Shown: in pieces, positions 8,801 through 17,645 of the stretch
Numbering within the stretch: the first letter of the stretch is position 1
Layout of the letters: every line of letters starts with the position of its first letter
DNA from: an uncultured virus (IMG/VR IMGVR_UViG_3300032330_000565)
Taxonomy: Duplodnaviria; Heunggongvirae; Uroviricota; Caudoviricetes
Direction: 5' to 3' (one strand)
Virus record (IMG/VR): IMGVR_UViG_3300032330_000565
DNA length: 64,000 bases
Translations under genes and position numbers: made by a program
Notes under the pieces: model-generated
Told to the model about the DNA's origin: nothing
The model's database searches: none
What the model saw: only the letters and a program-made list of their open reading frames with translations

Positions 8801-11266
8801 AATTGCACTATTCTTATGTACACCGGGGGTAATATATTTAGGTCCACCTGTCTTTTGCCATTGTGTACCAAATTGGTATATAAATGCTTCATCGTTTGGA
8901 TCAGGTATCCAACTGAAATCAAATTCAGTAGTATCAATATCCTCAGGAATTATCCAATTCTTTTTCGTTTCACCTAATTTTGCTACTATATCACTTACGT
9001 ATTTAATTGTGCGACCAATTGGTTTGCCTGACGGTAATCTAACAGCATTTTCAGGTATGTATTCAATAGTTGGCATTATTTCTGCTGGATATTGAGTATT
9101 ACCAAACACATATATGTATGGCTCATCAGTTTCATCGTGATGCCAACTATAATCAAACGTATCAATAATTAACCCATCTGTTATAGTGAAATTACTTTCA
9201 TCCGGCAATCTAATTGCCTTAAGTACATTTGTATCAACATATTTAAGTAAATCACTATTGAGTTTGAAGGCTCCGCGTAGTGTTGCTTTTAGTGCAGCAA
9301 GACTTGGCGGCACATATCTTGGACCACCTGTCTTTTGCCATTGTGTACCAAATTGATATATGTAGGGTGGGCTATCTTCATCTGGATGCCAACTGAAGTC
9401 AAAAGAATCAACATCTATCTTATCAGGTACTTCCCAATTAGTTAGATTAGGTAATATTTTTGCAATAATAGTATCAACATATTTTATGTCAGATGCACCC
9501 TCAACACTATACACAGGACCACCTGTCTTTTGCCATTGAGTACCAAATTTGTAAACGAACTTATCTTCGGTATCATCTGGATGCCAACTGAAGTCAAAAG
9601 AATCAATATCTATATTGTCAGGTATTGTCCAATTTGTTTTATTGGGCAATGCTTTTACTACCATGCCTTCAACGTATTTTATTTCAGCCTTGAATGCTCC
9701 TCTTAATTGTTCTTTTAGTTTTTCCATTTCAGGAGAAACATATCTTGGTCCACCTGTCTTTTGCCATTGTGTACCAAATTGATAGATATAACCGCCATCA
9801 TGTGGGTTTGGTACCCAACTAAAATCAAATCCAGTAGTGTCAACGTTATCTGGAATAAGCCAGTTTGTTTTATTTTCCCCTAAGGTAGCAACTATGTCAT
9901 TTACATATTTTAATTGACCAATGGCTTTACCTGATACTAGTTTAATTGCATCAGCGGGGATGTACTCAATGGTTGGCATTATTTCTGCCGGATATTGATT
10001 GTTACCAAACACATATATGTATGGCTCATCGGTTTCATCATGGTGCCAACTGTAATCAAAATCAGCAATAACATTATTGCCTAGAATGTTAAAATTATCT
10101 TTAACAGGTAATCTTTTAACTTTCATCGTATCAACATACTTTACTTCAGTTGCACCTTCAACTATGTACTTTGGTCCACCTGTCTTTTGATGTTGTGTTC
10201 CAAACTGATAAATATAAGGTGAATCTTCTGGGTGGGGTATCCAACTGAAATCAAATTCAGTAGTATCAACATCATCGGGTATAATCCAATTTGTTTTGTT
10301 TTCACCTAATGTAGCAACAATATCATATACGTACTTGAGTTGACCAATAGCTTTTCCTGTTGCTAACTTAACTGCATCAGCGGGAATATATTGTAACGTA
10401 TTCATTACTTCAGCTGGATATTGATTATTACCAAACACATATATGTATGGCTCATCAGTATCATCCGGATGCCAGCTATAGTCAAACTCAGCAATCACTA
10501 CATCGTCAGCTATTTCCCAATTATCTTTTATTGGTAGTGCTTTTGCTTTTTGTATACTAACATATTTTATATCAGTTGCACCCTCAGCAAGGTATTTAGG
10601 CCCACCTGTCTTTTGCCATTGTGTACCAAACTGATAGATATATGGTTGTTCGTCTGGATGAGGTACCCAACTGAAATCAAATTCAGTAGTGTCTAAATTA
10701 TCAGGGAAAACCCATCTGTCTTTGTTCTGTATTAAAGTTGCAATAACATCTTTAACATATTTTATCTGTCCAATTGGTTCACCTGATGACAGCCTGACTA
10801 TAGACGTAGGTACATATCTTGGACCTCCTCTATCATGCCATTGTGTTCCAAATTCATATATGTAATCTGGTTCGGTTGGATCCGGATGCCAGCTAAAGTC
10901 AAACTTAGTTTCATCAACTAGTTCAGTTGATAACCAAAAATCATTCTTTATGTTTTTGCGCTTGACTATGCCAACGTCATTTCTGTAAATGATTATTTCA
11001 CTAGGCTGTGATGAGCATAACCAAGTGCCACTATCTTTTTGGTGTTGACTAGGCCATACGTTGTTGTGTTCTTCTGCCCAAACATCTTCGTCGGGTAGAA
11101 ATTCAAAATCAAATTCCCAATCAAAGTCACGATAATCACAGTATTCGTTGATTATCCAAAAATGTTCAGTGGTACATTGATTTCTAGCATCTTCTAGTGA
11201 AGCTGCAAATTTTTCTCTTGGGTGAACGTTGGGTTTATTACCGTAATAAAATACATCTCTTAGCAT
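5900..11266 (-). CDS. 1788-aa repeat protein with glycosyltransferase-like (GT-A-like) domains, probably lacking the catalytic DxD
   Basis: About 14 conserved FD(F/Y)SWxP repeats plus degenerate copies. The C-terminal domain aligns by eye with CDS 25034-25987 (DIVFLS..E, AAYHAAAEAS, NPVNGLKYG, WRTAFRE) but has FAK where the paralog has DGD. Confidence 0.7.
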   Translation of the reverse strand: MLRDVFYYGNKPNVHPREKFAASLEDARNQCTTEHFWIINEYCDYRDFDWEFDFEFLPDEDVWAEEHNNVWPSQHQKDSGTWLCSSQPSEIIIYRNDVGIVKRKNIKNDFWLSTELVDETKFDFSWHPDPTEPDYIYEFGTQWHDRGGPRYVPTSIVRLSSGEPIGQIKYVKDVIATLIQNKDRWVFPDNLDTTEFDFSWVPHPDEQPYIYQFGTQWQKTGGPKYLAEGATDIKYVSIQKAKALPIKDNWEIADDVVIAEFDYSWHPDDTDEPYIYVFGNNQYPAEVMNTLQYIPADAVKLATGKAIGQLKYVYDIVATLGENKTNWIIPDDVDTTEFDFSWIPHPEDSPYIYQFGTQHQKTGGPKYIVEGATEVKYVDTMKVKRLPVKDNFNILGNNVIADFDYSWHHDETDEPYIYVFGNNQYPAEIMPTIEYIPADAIKLVSGKAIGQLKYVNDIVATLGENKTNWLIPDNVDTTGFDFSWVPNPHDGGYIYQFGTQWQKTGGPRYVSPEMEKLKEQLRGAFKAEIKYVEGMVVKALPNKTNWTIPDNIDIDSFDFSWHPDDTEDKFVYKFGTQWQKTGGPVYSVEGASDIKYVDTIIAKILPNLTNWEVPDKIDVDSFDFSWHPDEDSPPYIYQFGTQWQKTGGPRYVPPSLAALKATLRGAFKLNSDLLKYVDTNVLKAIRLPDESNFTITDGLIIDTFDYSWHHDETDEPYIYVFGNTQYPAEIMPTIEYIPENAVRLPSGKPIGRTIKYVSDIVAKLGETKKNWIIPEDIDTTEFDFSWIPDPNDEAFIYQFGTQWQKTGGPKYITPGVHKNSAIKYISSQKARKLENKSTFNIIGDIVIADFDYSWHHDETDEPYIYVFGNNQYPAEVMPTIQYVPENTVRLSSGQPIGQIKYVNDIVARLGENKTNWTIPENVDTTKFDFSWIPHPQDGAYIYQFGTQWQKTGGPKYVVDGATELKYIDTHHAKALADRSNWIIPEDIDSTKFDFSWHPDGTEAEPYIYQFGTQHQKTGGPQYVAVGVPRLASGKPIGQVKYVDVIKSKKLANMKHWSNVKNTDGKFDFSWHPDDTDPPTTYQFGTLLDREDGPKYTHPDTLDDVMVFMERIEKITEDDIQSILVPRYEIETTLADLVKQHPNEIFWAMHKNIDYTTFNFDWRPEIVNIQWENEYVYVFGSPDSEITQTYFVNASMYLKGNTDFKFVQTEELTEKYLASLFKKSDMFFVDRSNSESQARFEKLKQKFPTIQKTRYLNSWVDTINRCINRSTTELCWILNSELDYTDFDFEYYPNPWQMKMVQVFGTQWSHWGTTFMVNRETFAQDTKYIKIIEHLSNLNFVKDRKAKATNVLYDIIYVDHGNMDMSQIQGNTVIKFQDSYIATFQKMLDILPVKKEHYVWIASTVCDYSTFDFTYICDPFAKEQLHVFPSDRQKFGDTFLIDVNKLRTLIEDMNVLEDYVKVNFNQSQRAKRLPAPVIVTESDTHVENINTTFNFPYAIFVTEDNKDINLIDVEPMSLWTPEAKNIQITSVGGTRIVVPKEAKDYVKRELYDYPYIITNSKLAKSSPMDIVFLSNGEAGAEENYQHLLKVTEGLPNRVARVDGVNGRVAAYHAAAEASNTPWMLTVFAKLKVSNKFDWNWQPDRLQLPKHYVFHATNPVNGLKYGHMAMIAYNKKLTLANQGKGLDFTMDDEHEVLELNSGIANFNTDEWSTWRTAFREALKLRAENSEISKNRLEMWLTVGMGKFNEYSTDGAQHAVEYYEEVNGDFDKLKLSYDWPWLRAYFENKYQ
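7960..10920 (-). repeat. In-frame repeats of about 65-85 aa in two types (A: GTQWQKTGGP; B: GNNQYPAExMPT)
   Basis: Near-identical DNA such as ccacctgtcttttgccattgtgtaccaaa recurs near 8409, 8844, 9324, 9750 and 10602. Confidence 0.9.
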
Positions 11267-11274
11267 TTAATTAC

Positions 11275-12756
11275 TTATGATAAAACTTTAACCCCATATA
11301 GTTTTTCAAATCTATCAGCATCACTACGGTCGTTAACCATTGGCTCTCCCCGTATGTTCAAACTTGTGTTCAATAGCATGGGGCATTCAGTCAATACATA
11401 CCATTTCTCTAATAACTCTCTGATACCAGACCCATCTTTTGGTACAGTTTGTACTCTACTAGTCCAATCGTGATGTGCAATAGCAGGGAATTTATCAGGA
11501 TATTTACATTTACTAATAACCTGCATATATCTACTATCATGCCAGTGTTTAGGCATATCAAAATATTGATGAGCATACTCCTCAAGAATGACTGGTGCAA
11601 ATGGTCTAAACTTTTGTCTGCGTTTGATTTCATTTACTTTATCTTTAATCTCATCTCCTCTTGGGTCTGCAAGGAGACTACGGTTTCCCAATGCTCTCGG
11701 GCCGAACTCTGCTCGTCCTGATGCGACACCAACAATCCTATCAGTAAGTAAGATATCAAGTAAACCGTTAACAGGATACTCGCCAGGAATGTTATGGCCA
11801 AGAAAAGCATCAGTCCAATTAACTTTACGACCGTGACCAAGACATGCTGCACCAAGACTATTACCCGCATCGCCAGGGTTAGGCATAATCCAAATATTTT
11901 CATAGAAGTTCCCTAATAGTCTGTTTGCTAAACAATTCAATGCTACACCGCCGCCGTATACTAGATTTTTACTAGAGCCTAGTATTCTAGCTTTAGCCAT
12001 TACCCTAGTAATCATATGTTCTACTAAGTGTTGACTACTACTAGCAATGTCCATTACATCAGCGTCTTTTAAGAAATCTTTACTAACACCGGTGTGTAGA
12101 TTTTGCTTGAAGGTAAATATATCCTTACTATCTACAAACTCAGTCATCATTTCTTTAATGTGTATTGGTTCTCCGTACGCAGCCATACCCATGAGAATGT
12201 ATTCTTCATCAAGTGGACGTAGTCCAACTCGTTCAGTCATTGCTGAATAGAATAGTCCAATACTATCTGGATATTTCATACTCCATAGTTTTTGATATTC
12301 TGCTTTACCCGTTGAGAAATCGTACCAAGCATCCCAGATAGTGATAGTATCAAACTCACCGATAGCGTCAATAACTACAACGGTAGCATCTTGAAAGGGG
12401 CTTGTTTGAAATCCTGCTGCTGCATGACATAGATGATGACTATGCGTATGAATCTTTGGTTCACCCATTTGACTATAAGTAGCACCCAATATCTTTTCCC
12501 AGGTTGGCCAAGTAAAGCCTTCACCGGTGCGTATTTGTCTCAGTGATTTCAACCACGGACGTTCGTAGTAATGATACTCTAAATATGATGAATTAGTATG
12601 CTTTAATGCATCCGTTAATAATTCTTCACATACATCTTTGTCGTGTTTATTTTTACTATAACGTTCACTGTGACCAGCAAACAAAATGTTACCATGATCA
12701 TCTACAACACTAACGGCTGCATCATGGAAACCTGCACTTATTCCTATATAGTTCAT
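11275..12756 (-). CDS. Carbamoyltransferase, NodU/CmcH/TobZ family
   Basis: GFHDAA, ERYSKNKHD, HHLCHA, DAIGE, GGVALNC, PGDAG, EFGPRALGNRSLLADP, FRPFAP, LLNTSLN.RGEP. Confidence 0.95.
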   Translation of the reverse strand: MNYIGISAGFHDAAVSVVDDHGNILFAGHSERYSKNKHDKDVCEELLTDALKHTNSSYLEYHYYERPWLKSLRQIRTGEGFTWPTWEKILGATYSQMGEPKIHTHSHHLCHAAAGFQTSPFQDATVVVIDAIGEFDTITIWDAWYDFSTGKAEYQKLWSMKYPDSIGLFYSAMTERVGLRPLDEEYILMGMAAYGEPIHIKEMMTEFVDSKDIFTFKQNLHTGVSKDFLKDADVMDIASSSQHLVEHMITRVMAKARILGSSKNLVYGGGVALNCLANRLLGNFYENIWIMPNPGDAGNSLGAACLGHGRKVNWTDAFLGHNIPGEYPVNGLLDILLTDRIVGVASGRAEFGPRALGNRSLLADPRGDEIKDKVNEIKRRQKFRPFAPVILEEYAHQYFDMPKHWHDSRYMQVISKCKYPDKFPAIAHHDWTSRVQTVPKDGSGIRELLEKWYVLTECPMLLNTSLNIRGEPMVNDRSDADRFEKLYGVKVLS

Positions 12757-13541
12757 AATAATTTTATTAATTCGTTGGCGATGTATTCGTGTACATTTTC
12801 ATTATAGTGATGTCCTGGACATATTATATTTTCTGTTTTAAATATAGTACGAATTTTTTCTTGCGACATATCTAAATCTACTTTAAAATTTGCATATTTC
12901 TTTAAATTTATATAATCTTCATGGTTTTCAAATTCAGATTCTATCTTATTCGTTATATTTCTATCTAAAAAAAATAATTTTATATTATTTACCTTACAAA
13001 AGTCTTGAATACTTATTATATTTTTGTAATATCTTATCAAACTATGATAATTTTTATTAGATGAAATCATGTATTTGACTACTTCCGCAACTTGTTCATC
13101 TTTACTATCTACCGTCACACAAGTCCATGGAGAATTTGTGTCATTTAAACTGGGTAATTCAAATCTCCATGGATCGGTGGTAGATATAAATGCAACAACA
13201 TTATCTTTATCTTTTAATGTTATTAAATTACTCAATGTTCTACGTATAATAGAATCCATGCTGCTCCCGCCCACAGCAGCATTTATTACTTCAACATTTA
13301 ATTTTTTAGCAATTTTATTTGGAAACGCTTTTTCTTTTTCTAATTTTTTAATTTCATTAAAAAGTTGCTTACGCATGAAAGACAAATCTCCATTACCGTA
13401 AGTTCTTCTTGTCCAACTATATCGTTCACGTTCTATATGGTTTGGTATACCTATCGGCACAAAACCTGGATGATCAGGTAACAAAATATCACCCAATTCA
13501 GAACCGGCTACGTAACTATCTCCGTCGCAATATATTATCAT
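12753..13541 (-). CDS. SGNH-like hydrolase/acyltransferase, 262 aa
   Basis: DGDSYVAG, NAAVGGSS and a C-terminal His motif (CPGHH). Visibly more AT-rich than its neighbours. Confidence 0.6.
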   Translation of the reverse strand: MIIYCDGDSYVAGSELGDILLPDHPGFVPIGIPNHIERERYSWTRRTYGNGDLSFMRKQLFNEIKKLEKEKAFPNKIAKKLNVEVINAAVGGSSMDSIIRRTLSNLITLKDKDNVVAFISTTDPWRFELPSLNDTNSPWTCVTVDSKDEQVAEVVKYMISSNKNYHSLIRYYKNIISIQDFCKVNNIKLFFLDRNITNKIESEFENHEDYINLKKYANFKVDLDMSQEKIRTIFKTENIICPGHHYNENVHEYIANELIKLL

Positions 13542-13636
13542 TTGTAGATGAAGGGGTCTCGTTTACGCAATTCTTTAATACGTTTGCGATACTTATATTC
13601 TCTTACCAAATATTTAAACCATCTTACTAAGAACAT
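13538..13636 (-). CDS. Basic 32-aa peptide (not in the ORF track): MFLVRWFKYLVREYKYRKRIKELRKRDPFIYK
   Basis: Overlaps the upstream stop and is coupled by ATGA to the downstream start. The C-terminal PFIY resembles carbamoyltransferase-associated SxtK-like peptides. Confidence 0.75.
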   Translation of the reverse strand: MFLVRWFKYLVREYKYRKRIKELRKRDPFIYK

Positions 13637-14376
13637 TTGTTTTCTCCTATAAAATTATATAACTCATCGGCATATAATGCATGAGGAGTTTCATTGTGAT
13701 GCCAATACTTCGCTTTTGGGTTAGTATATCCGGCATTTTTGTACTTTATATAGAAAGACTTTTCATTATCTTCCATATTGTAATATTTAGTATTATCAAT
13801 TTGATCTAAGTAAAAATTGGTATATGTATCTCGTGGTTGGAACATATATGATGAATTACACATCAAATAATCTATATCCTTTGACTGGAAAAAGTATTGA
13901 AGTTGTAGTACTGAATTAGCACTTACTATTTCTAAATACTTCTCGTTCTTTGCTATAAATTTATGATATTCTGCAATAAATATCTTTTCTTCTGCGTCAC
14001 CGCCGGGCCATCCTAAATTGATGCGATTAAAATCTACCCCGGTGCTAGCATGATAATCATTGAAGGGGTTATGATCTCCAAACCATGTTTTTCTATGCCA
14101 AGGAACTTCCATTCTAGAACTATCTGTCCAGCTAACTAATACAAAAACTTCCATAATGTCAGCATTGTACTTTTCACTAAACCATTGAAGTACGCTTCGG
14201 GTAATCGTTGGATTAGTAGACCCGGGCTCTGCTATGTTTATTGACTTGTATTCTAACTTGGTTGCTAATTGATTCCCAAATGAATGTTGACGATTGTATT
14301 TGGAATCTTGATTACCGTCAATTTCTGAACCAGATGCATGACTGCACCCGGCAATTAACATTATTTTTTCTTTCAT
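13627..14376 (-). CDS. SGNH-like hydrolase/acyltransferase, 249 aa
   Basis: AGCSHASG, NIAEPGSTN, VSWT..SR.E and C-terminal YWHH. Confidence 0.6.
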   Translation of the reverse strand: MKEKIMLIAGCSHASGSEIDGNQDSKYNRQHSFGNQLATKLEYKSINIAEPGSTNPTITRSVLQWFSEKYNADIMEVFVLVSWTDSSRMEVPWHRKTWFGDHNPFNDYHASTGVDFNRINLGWPGGDAEEKIFIAEYHKFIAKNEKYLEIVSANSVLQLQYFFQSKDIDYLMCNSSYMFQPRDTYTNFYLDQIDNTKYYNMEDNEKSFYIKYKNAGYTNPKAKYWHHNETPHALYADELYNFIGENKCS

Positions 14377-14378
14377 TT

Positions 14379-16619
14379 TTAACTGCGTTTTGTAATAGAT
14401 GCTACATCAATTGTAACAACTTCTTGCTTAGACATTGATTCTTTTTCAGGTATAACAACATTGGTTGTATCAGACACTTTTACTTCATACTCAGTATAGT
14501 TACTCCAATCACCTGATTCAACCCAATGTAACTTAAATGAGAAATCAATCATTGCATTTAACATTTTTTCTTCGTTAAGCAAATCCATAAAGTCTTGTCC
14601 ACTACGACCTTCTTCATCACTCCAAGTCGGCTTTGCTAATTTTCTAGCACGTTTAGCAGTATTAGCTTGAATTCTACTATAATCTTGTGCATAGAATGCG
14701 CCCTTACGTCCCAACGGAGGAGGTTCACGTTCGTCAAAGTTGTTATCTACTTGTGTAAAAATAATATCAAAATCTGCATCCCATTTACCATCGTCAGTTA
14801 TGTTAAACTTGTAAGTAGCATAATACATGCCGGGACCAAATTGACTACCAAACTCTTTCAAATCTATCTCAGGGTTAAATCGTACTTCTGCTTTGTAACC
14901 GCCGCGAGTTTTCCATAGCATTCTAAAGAACGGCCACATCTCATTCACTAATGTATCAGCGAAGGGACTTATGTCGGGTTTAATTATGTTGTAATCAAAC
15001 TTTTCATATTCAATTTCTTTAATACAAGTAGGATCATTTAATTCAATTGTGTAATGATCTTTTGCTAAATTGGGTCTGATTGGATAACCAATTGGTACTT
15101 CACTGCACCCTTCTAAAAAGTCAGCAAACATGTGAAATGTTTTTACGCGGGTCATTACATGTGTTCCGCCCATTGCAAAGTCATTTGTTATCCAATGTCC
15201 TTGGTACTTGTGCCAACTGATATTAAACTTGTGCGGATTCTGTCCAACGATAGTTTCTGGACCTAAGCCATAGCCCACTCCGAGTCCTGCATTGTTGATA
15301 TTGTTATTACGCATACGCCATAACAATGTCATGCTATCAGCATAGTCTTGGAAGTCTTCAGTAGGGAAGCCAACAATCCAGTTAGTAGCAGCCCAGATGC
15401 CTACTTTCTTGCCGTCAATAAAGTTCTGCTCCATCTCAGCAATAGTAACACCTTTAGCCATATCATCTAATACTTTTTGACTACCAGATTCAATTCCATA
15501 ATTAAACATGATACATCCACCGGCAGCCAAATCTTTCATATACTCTAAGTCCATGCGACCATCGCAACGGGCATAGCCTGTCCATTTGATTTTTAATCCT
15601 TTAGCAGCAACTCCTTTAACAAATGCTCTAAGTTCCTTAAGATTACCATTAACTAAACTATCAATGAACCATATAACATCGGTGCCCTTGTTGTAGTAAA
15701 GCCATTCAATCTCGGTAATCAAATCAACTGCTTGGCGTTGACGATATTTCCAAAAATGTGTTTCTTCACAGAATGTACACTTCGCTGTACATCCGCGACT
15801 AATCTCTGAGTTAACGCCATTGGGCAATTCATACTGACTAAAATCAATACTTTCATAGTCTGGCATTGGCAAGCCATTAATGTTAATACGTTGATCTTCC
15901 GGTTGATCTAACACTTTAGGTTCTGCGTGAGTAATGCCATTTTCAACTTCTTCTAATAACACTAACAAGTTAGCTTCACCTTCACCTACTACAACATAAT
16001 CATAATAAGGTTCAATCTTAAACCAACTCTTGTGTACGTTGGGCCCACCTACTGCAATCTTTACATTAGGCAATCTACGCTTTAACTCTTTACACATCCA
16101 TTTACTGGGTTCTTCGCTAATATAATAGATACTAAACCCCACTACTTCTGGGTTTAATGCTACTATATCATCTACCGCTTTACTAAGTATAGGTTCTAAT
16201 ACTGGATGAATATCATTCATGTATGTGTCACCTAACCAATGCCAACTGCTACTAGGATCCCATAATCTAAATGGCAATTTGTTATTAGGTTGCCAGTCGT
16301 TTTTATATTCGTTATATGCACGAACATTCAAATCCATGATGTGAGTTTCATATCCTGAACTCTTTGCTATACCACTAAGTCTAGCTAGACTAAAAGGTGG
16401 CATATAGGGACTCCATTCTGGACACAATACTAATACTAATTTAGTATTACGTGTTTTGTAATCGGTGTAGACTGGAGTTAAGTTTTTTTGTACTGTCTTT
16501 TTAGCATAGGGTGCTATTGCTTCCATCATACTACGATGACGGGCGTCTGCAATATCTTCTGTGGGTTTTTCTTTCGGTACTAACTTATCTACCGCAAGTG
16601 ATTTTAAATTGAAATCCAA
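14379..16619 (-). CDS. Cobalamin-binding radical SAM protein (class B methyltransferase-like), 746 aa, TTG start
   Basis: PPFSLARL and VAVGGP/VVGEGE-type B12-binding domain motifs; SRGCTAKCTFC (CxxxCxxC); YGIESGSQKVL..M.KG; IVGFPTE. Confidence 0.9.
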   Translation of the reverse strand: MDFNLKSLAVDKLVPKEKPTEDIADARHRSMMEAIAPYAKKTVQKNLTPVYTDYKTRNTKLVLVLCPEWSPYMPPFSLARLSGIAKSSGYETHIMDLNVRAYNEYKNDWQPNNKLPFRLWDPSSSWHWLGDTYMNDIHPVLEPILSKAVDDIVALNPEVVGFSIYYISEEPSKWMCKELKRRLPNVKIAVGGPNVHKSWFKIEPYYDYVVVGEGEANLLVLLEEVENGITHAEPKVLDQPEDQRININGLPMPDYESIDFSQYELPNGVNSEISRGCTAKCTFCEETHFWKYRQRQAVDLITEIEWLYYNKGTDVIWFIDSLVNGNLKELRAFVKGVAAKGLKIKWTGYARCDGRMDLEYMKDLAAGGCIMFNYGIESGSQKVLDDMAKGVTIAEMEQNFIDGKKVGIWAATNWIVGFPTEDFQDYADSMTLLWRMRNNNINNAGLGVGYGLGPETIVGQNPHKFNISWHKYQGHWITNDFAMGGTHVMTRVKTFHMFADFLEGCSEVPIGYPIRPNLAKDHYTIELNDPTCIKEIEYEKFDYNIIKPDISPFADTLVNEMWPFFRMLWKTRGGYKAEVRFNPEIDLKEFGSQFGPGMYYATYKFNITDDGKWDADFDIIFTQVDNNFDEREPPPLGRKGAFYAQDYSRIQANTAKRARKLAKPTWSDEEGRSGQDFMDLLNEEKMLNAMIDFSFKLHWVESGDWSNYTEYEVKVSDTTNVVIPEKESMSKQEVVTIDVASITKRS

Positions 16620-16652
16620 AAATAGTCTCCTGTGTAAACTATTTAATAGTTT
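16620..16652 (-). promoter_or_regulatory. Late-promoter-like TTAAATA with alternative hairpins overlapping the SD of the B12 radical SAM gene
   Basis: mRNA AAAUAGUUU (16644-16636) can pair with AGACUAUUU (16628-16620) next to GGAG, or with the upstream AAACUAU. Confidence 0.45.
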
Positions 16653-16667
16653 TTAAAAGTAACCGTT

Positions 16668-17645
16668 TTATTTATAATCTTGGTTACCAGACTTGATTTG
16701 TTCTTCAATCCAAGTATAAGTTTTGATTAGTCCAGATTCTAAATCTTCACCGGGTGCCCAATTAATCATTTCTTTAATTAATTTGTTATGGCTGGTTCTT
16801 CCTTTTACACCCATTGGACCGTCAATGTTGTTTATTGCTATTTTTTTATTAGATAAATTCCCAATCAAGAACACAAGATTGTTAATACTAATCATTCGTT
16901 CACTGCCCAAATTCAATGGCACTTCACAATCACTAGCCATAATACGTTGTATTCCCTCTATACATTCATCAATGTACAAAAAGCTACGTGTTTGATTACC
17001 CGGACCCCATACATCTACTAATCCATGACTTCCACATTGTGCGACTTTACGACACAGTGCTGCTGGAGCTTTTTCTTTCCCGTTATTCCAACTACCTTTA
17101 GGCCCAAATATATTATGAAAACGTGCAATACGTACACGCATACCATAGTTACGTGCGTAAGACATATACAATCTTTCGCTAAACAATTTCTCCCATCCGT
17201 ATTCACTATCAGGTGCTGCTGGATAAGCAGTATCTTCGCTTAGTAATGGATTATCAGGATCTAATTGATTATGTTCAGGGTACATACATGCGCTACTAGA
17301 ATAGAAAACATTCTTTACACCCTTCTTTTGCATCTCGTCTAATATGTTCAAATTAATCATAGCAGAATTGTGCATAATGTCAGCATCATGCTCACCAGTA
17401 AATATATAGCCAGCGCCACCCATGTCAGCAGCAAGTTGATATATTTCATCAATGTCACTAGTTACTAGTTGTTCTACCGCACGTTGATTACGCAAATCCA
17501 TAATACGAAATTCATCTGCAGGCGATTCTGCATATTGAGGATATTTTAAATCAACACCAATAACATAATGTCCTTGACTTTTGAATTTCTCTACTAAATG
17601 TGATCCTATGAATCCACCTGCTCCGCATACTAATATTTTTTTCAT
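16668..17645 (-). CDS. NAD-dependent nucleotide-sugar epimerase, GDP-mannose 3,5-epimerase-like
   Basis: GAGGFIG; LAADMGGAGYI; YSSSACMYPE; DSEYGWEK (YxxxK); RFHNIFGP; EKAPAALCRK; QTRSFLYIDEC. Confidence 0.9.
   Translation of the reverse strand: MKKILVCGAGGFIGSHLVEKFKSQGHYVIGVDLKYPQYAESPADEFRIMDLRNQRAVEQLVTSDIDEIYQLAADMGGAGYIFTGEHDADIMHNSAMINLNILDEMQKKGVKNVFYSSSACMYPEHNQLDPDNPLLSEDTAYPAAPDSEYGWEKLFSERLYMSYARNYGMRVRIARFHNIFGPKGSWNNGKEKAPAALCRKVAQCGSHGLVDVWGPGNQTRSFLYIDECIEGIQRIMASDCEVPLNLGSERMISINNLVFLIGNLSNKKIAINNIDGPMGVKGRTSHNKLIKEMINWAPGEDLESGLIKTYTWIEEQIKSGNQDYK

Noticed and set aside
8200..10640. Recurrent ~30-bp near-identical sequences resembling a CRISPR array
   Set aside because: Spacing is about 200-450 bp, the repeats are in frame inside one ORF, the intervening sequences are homologous to each other, and there are no cas genes.
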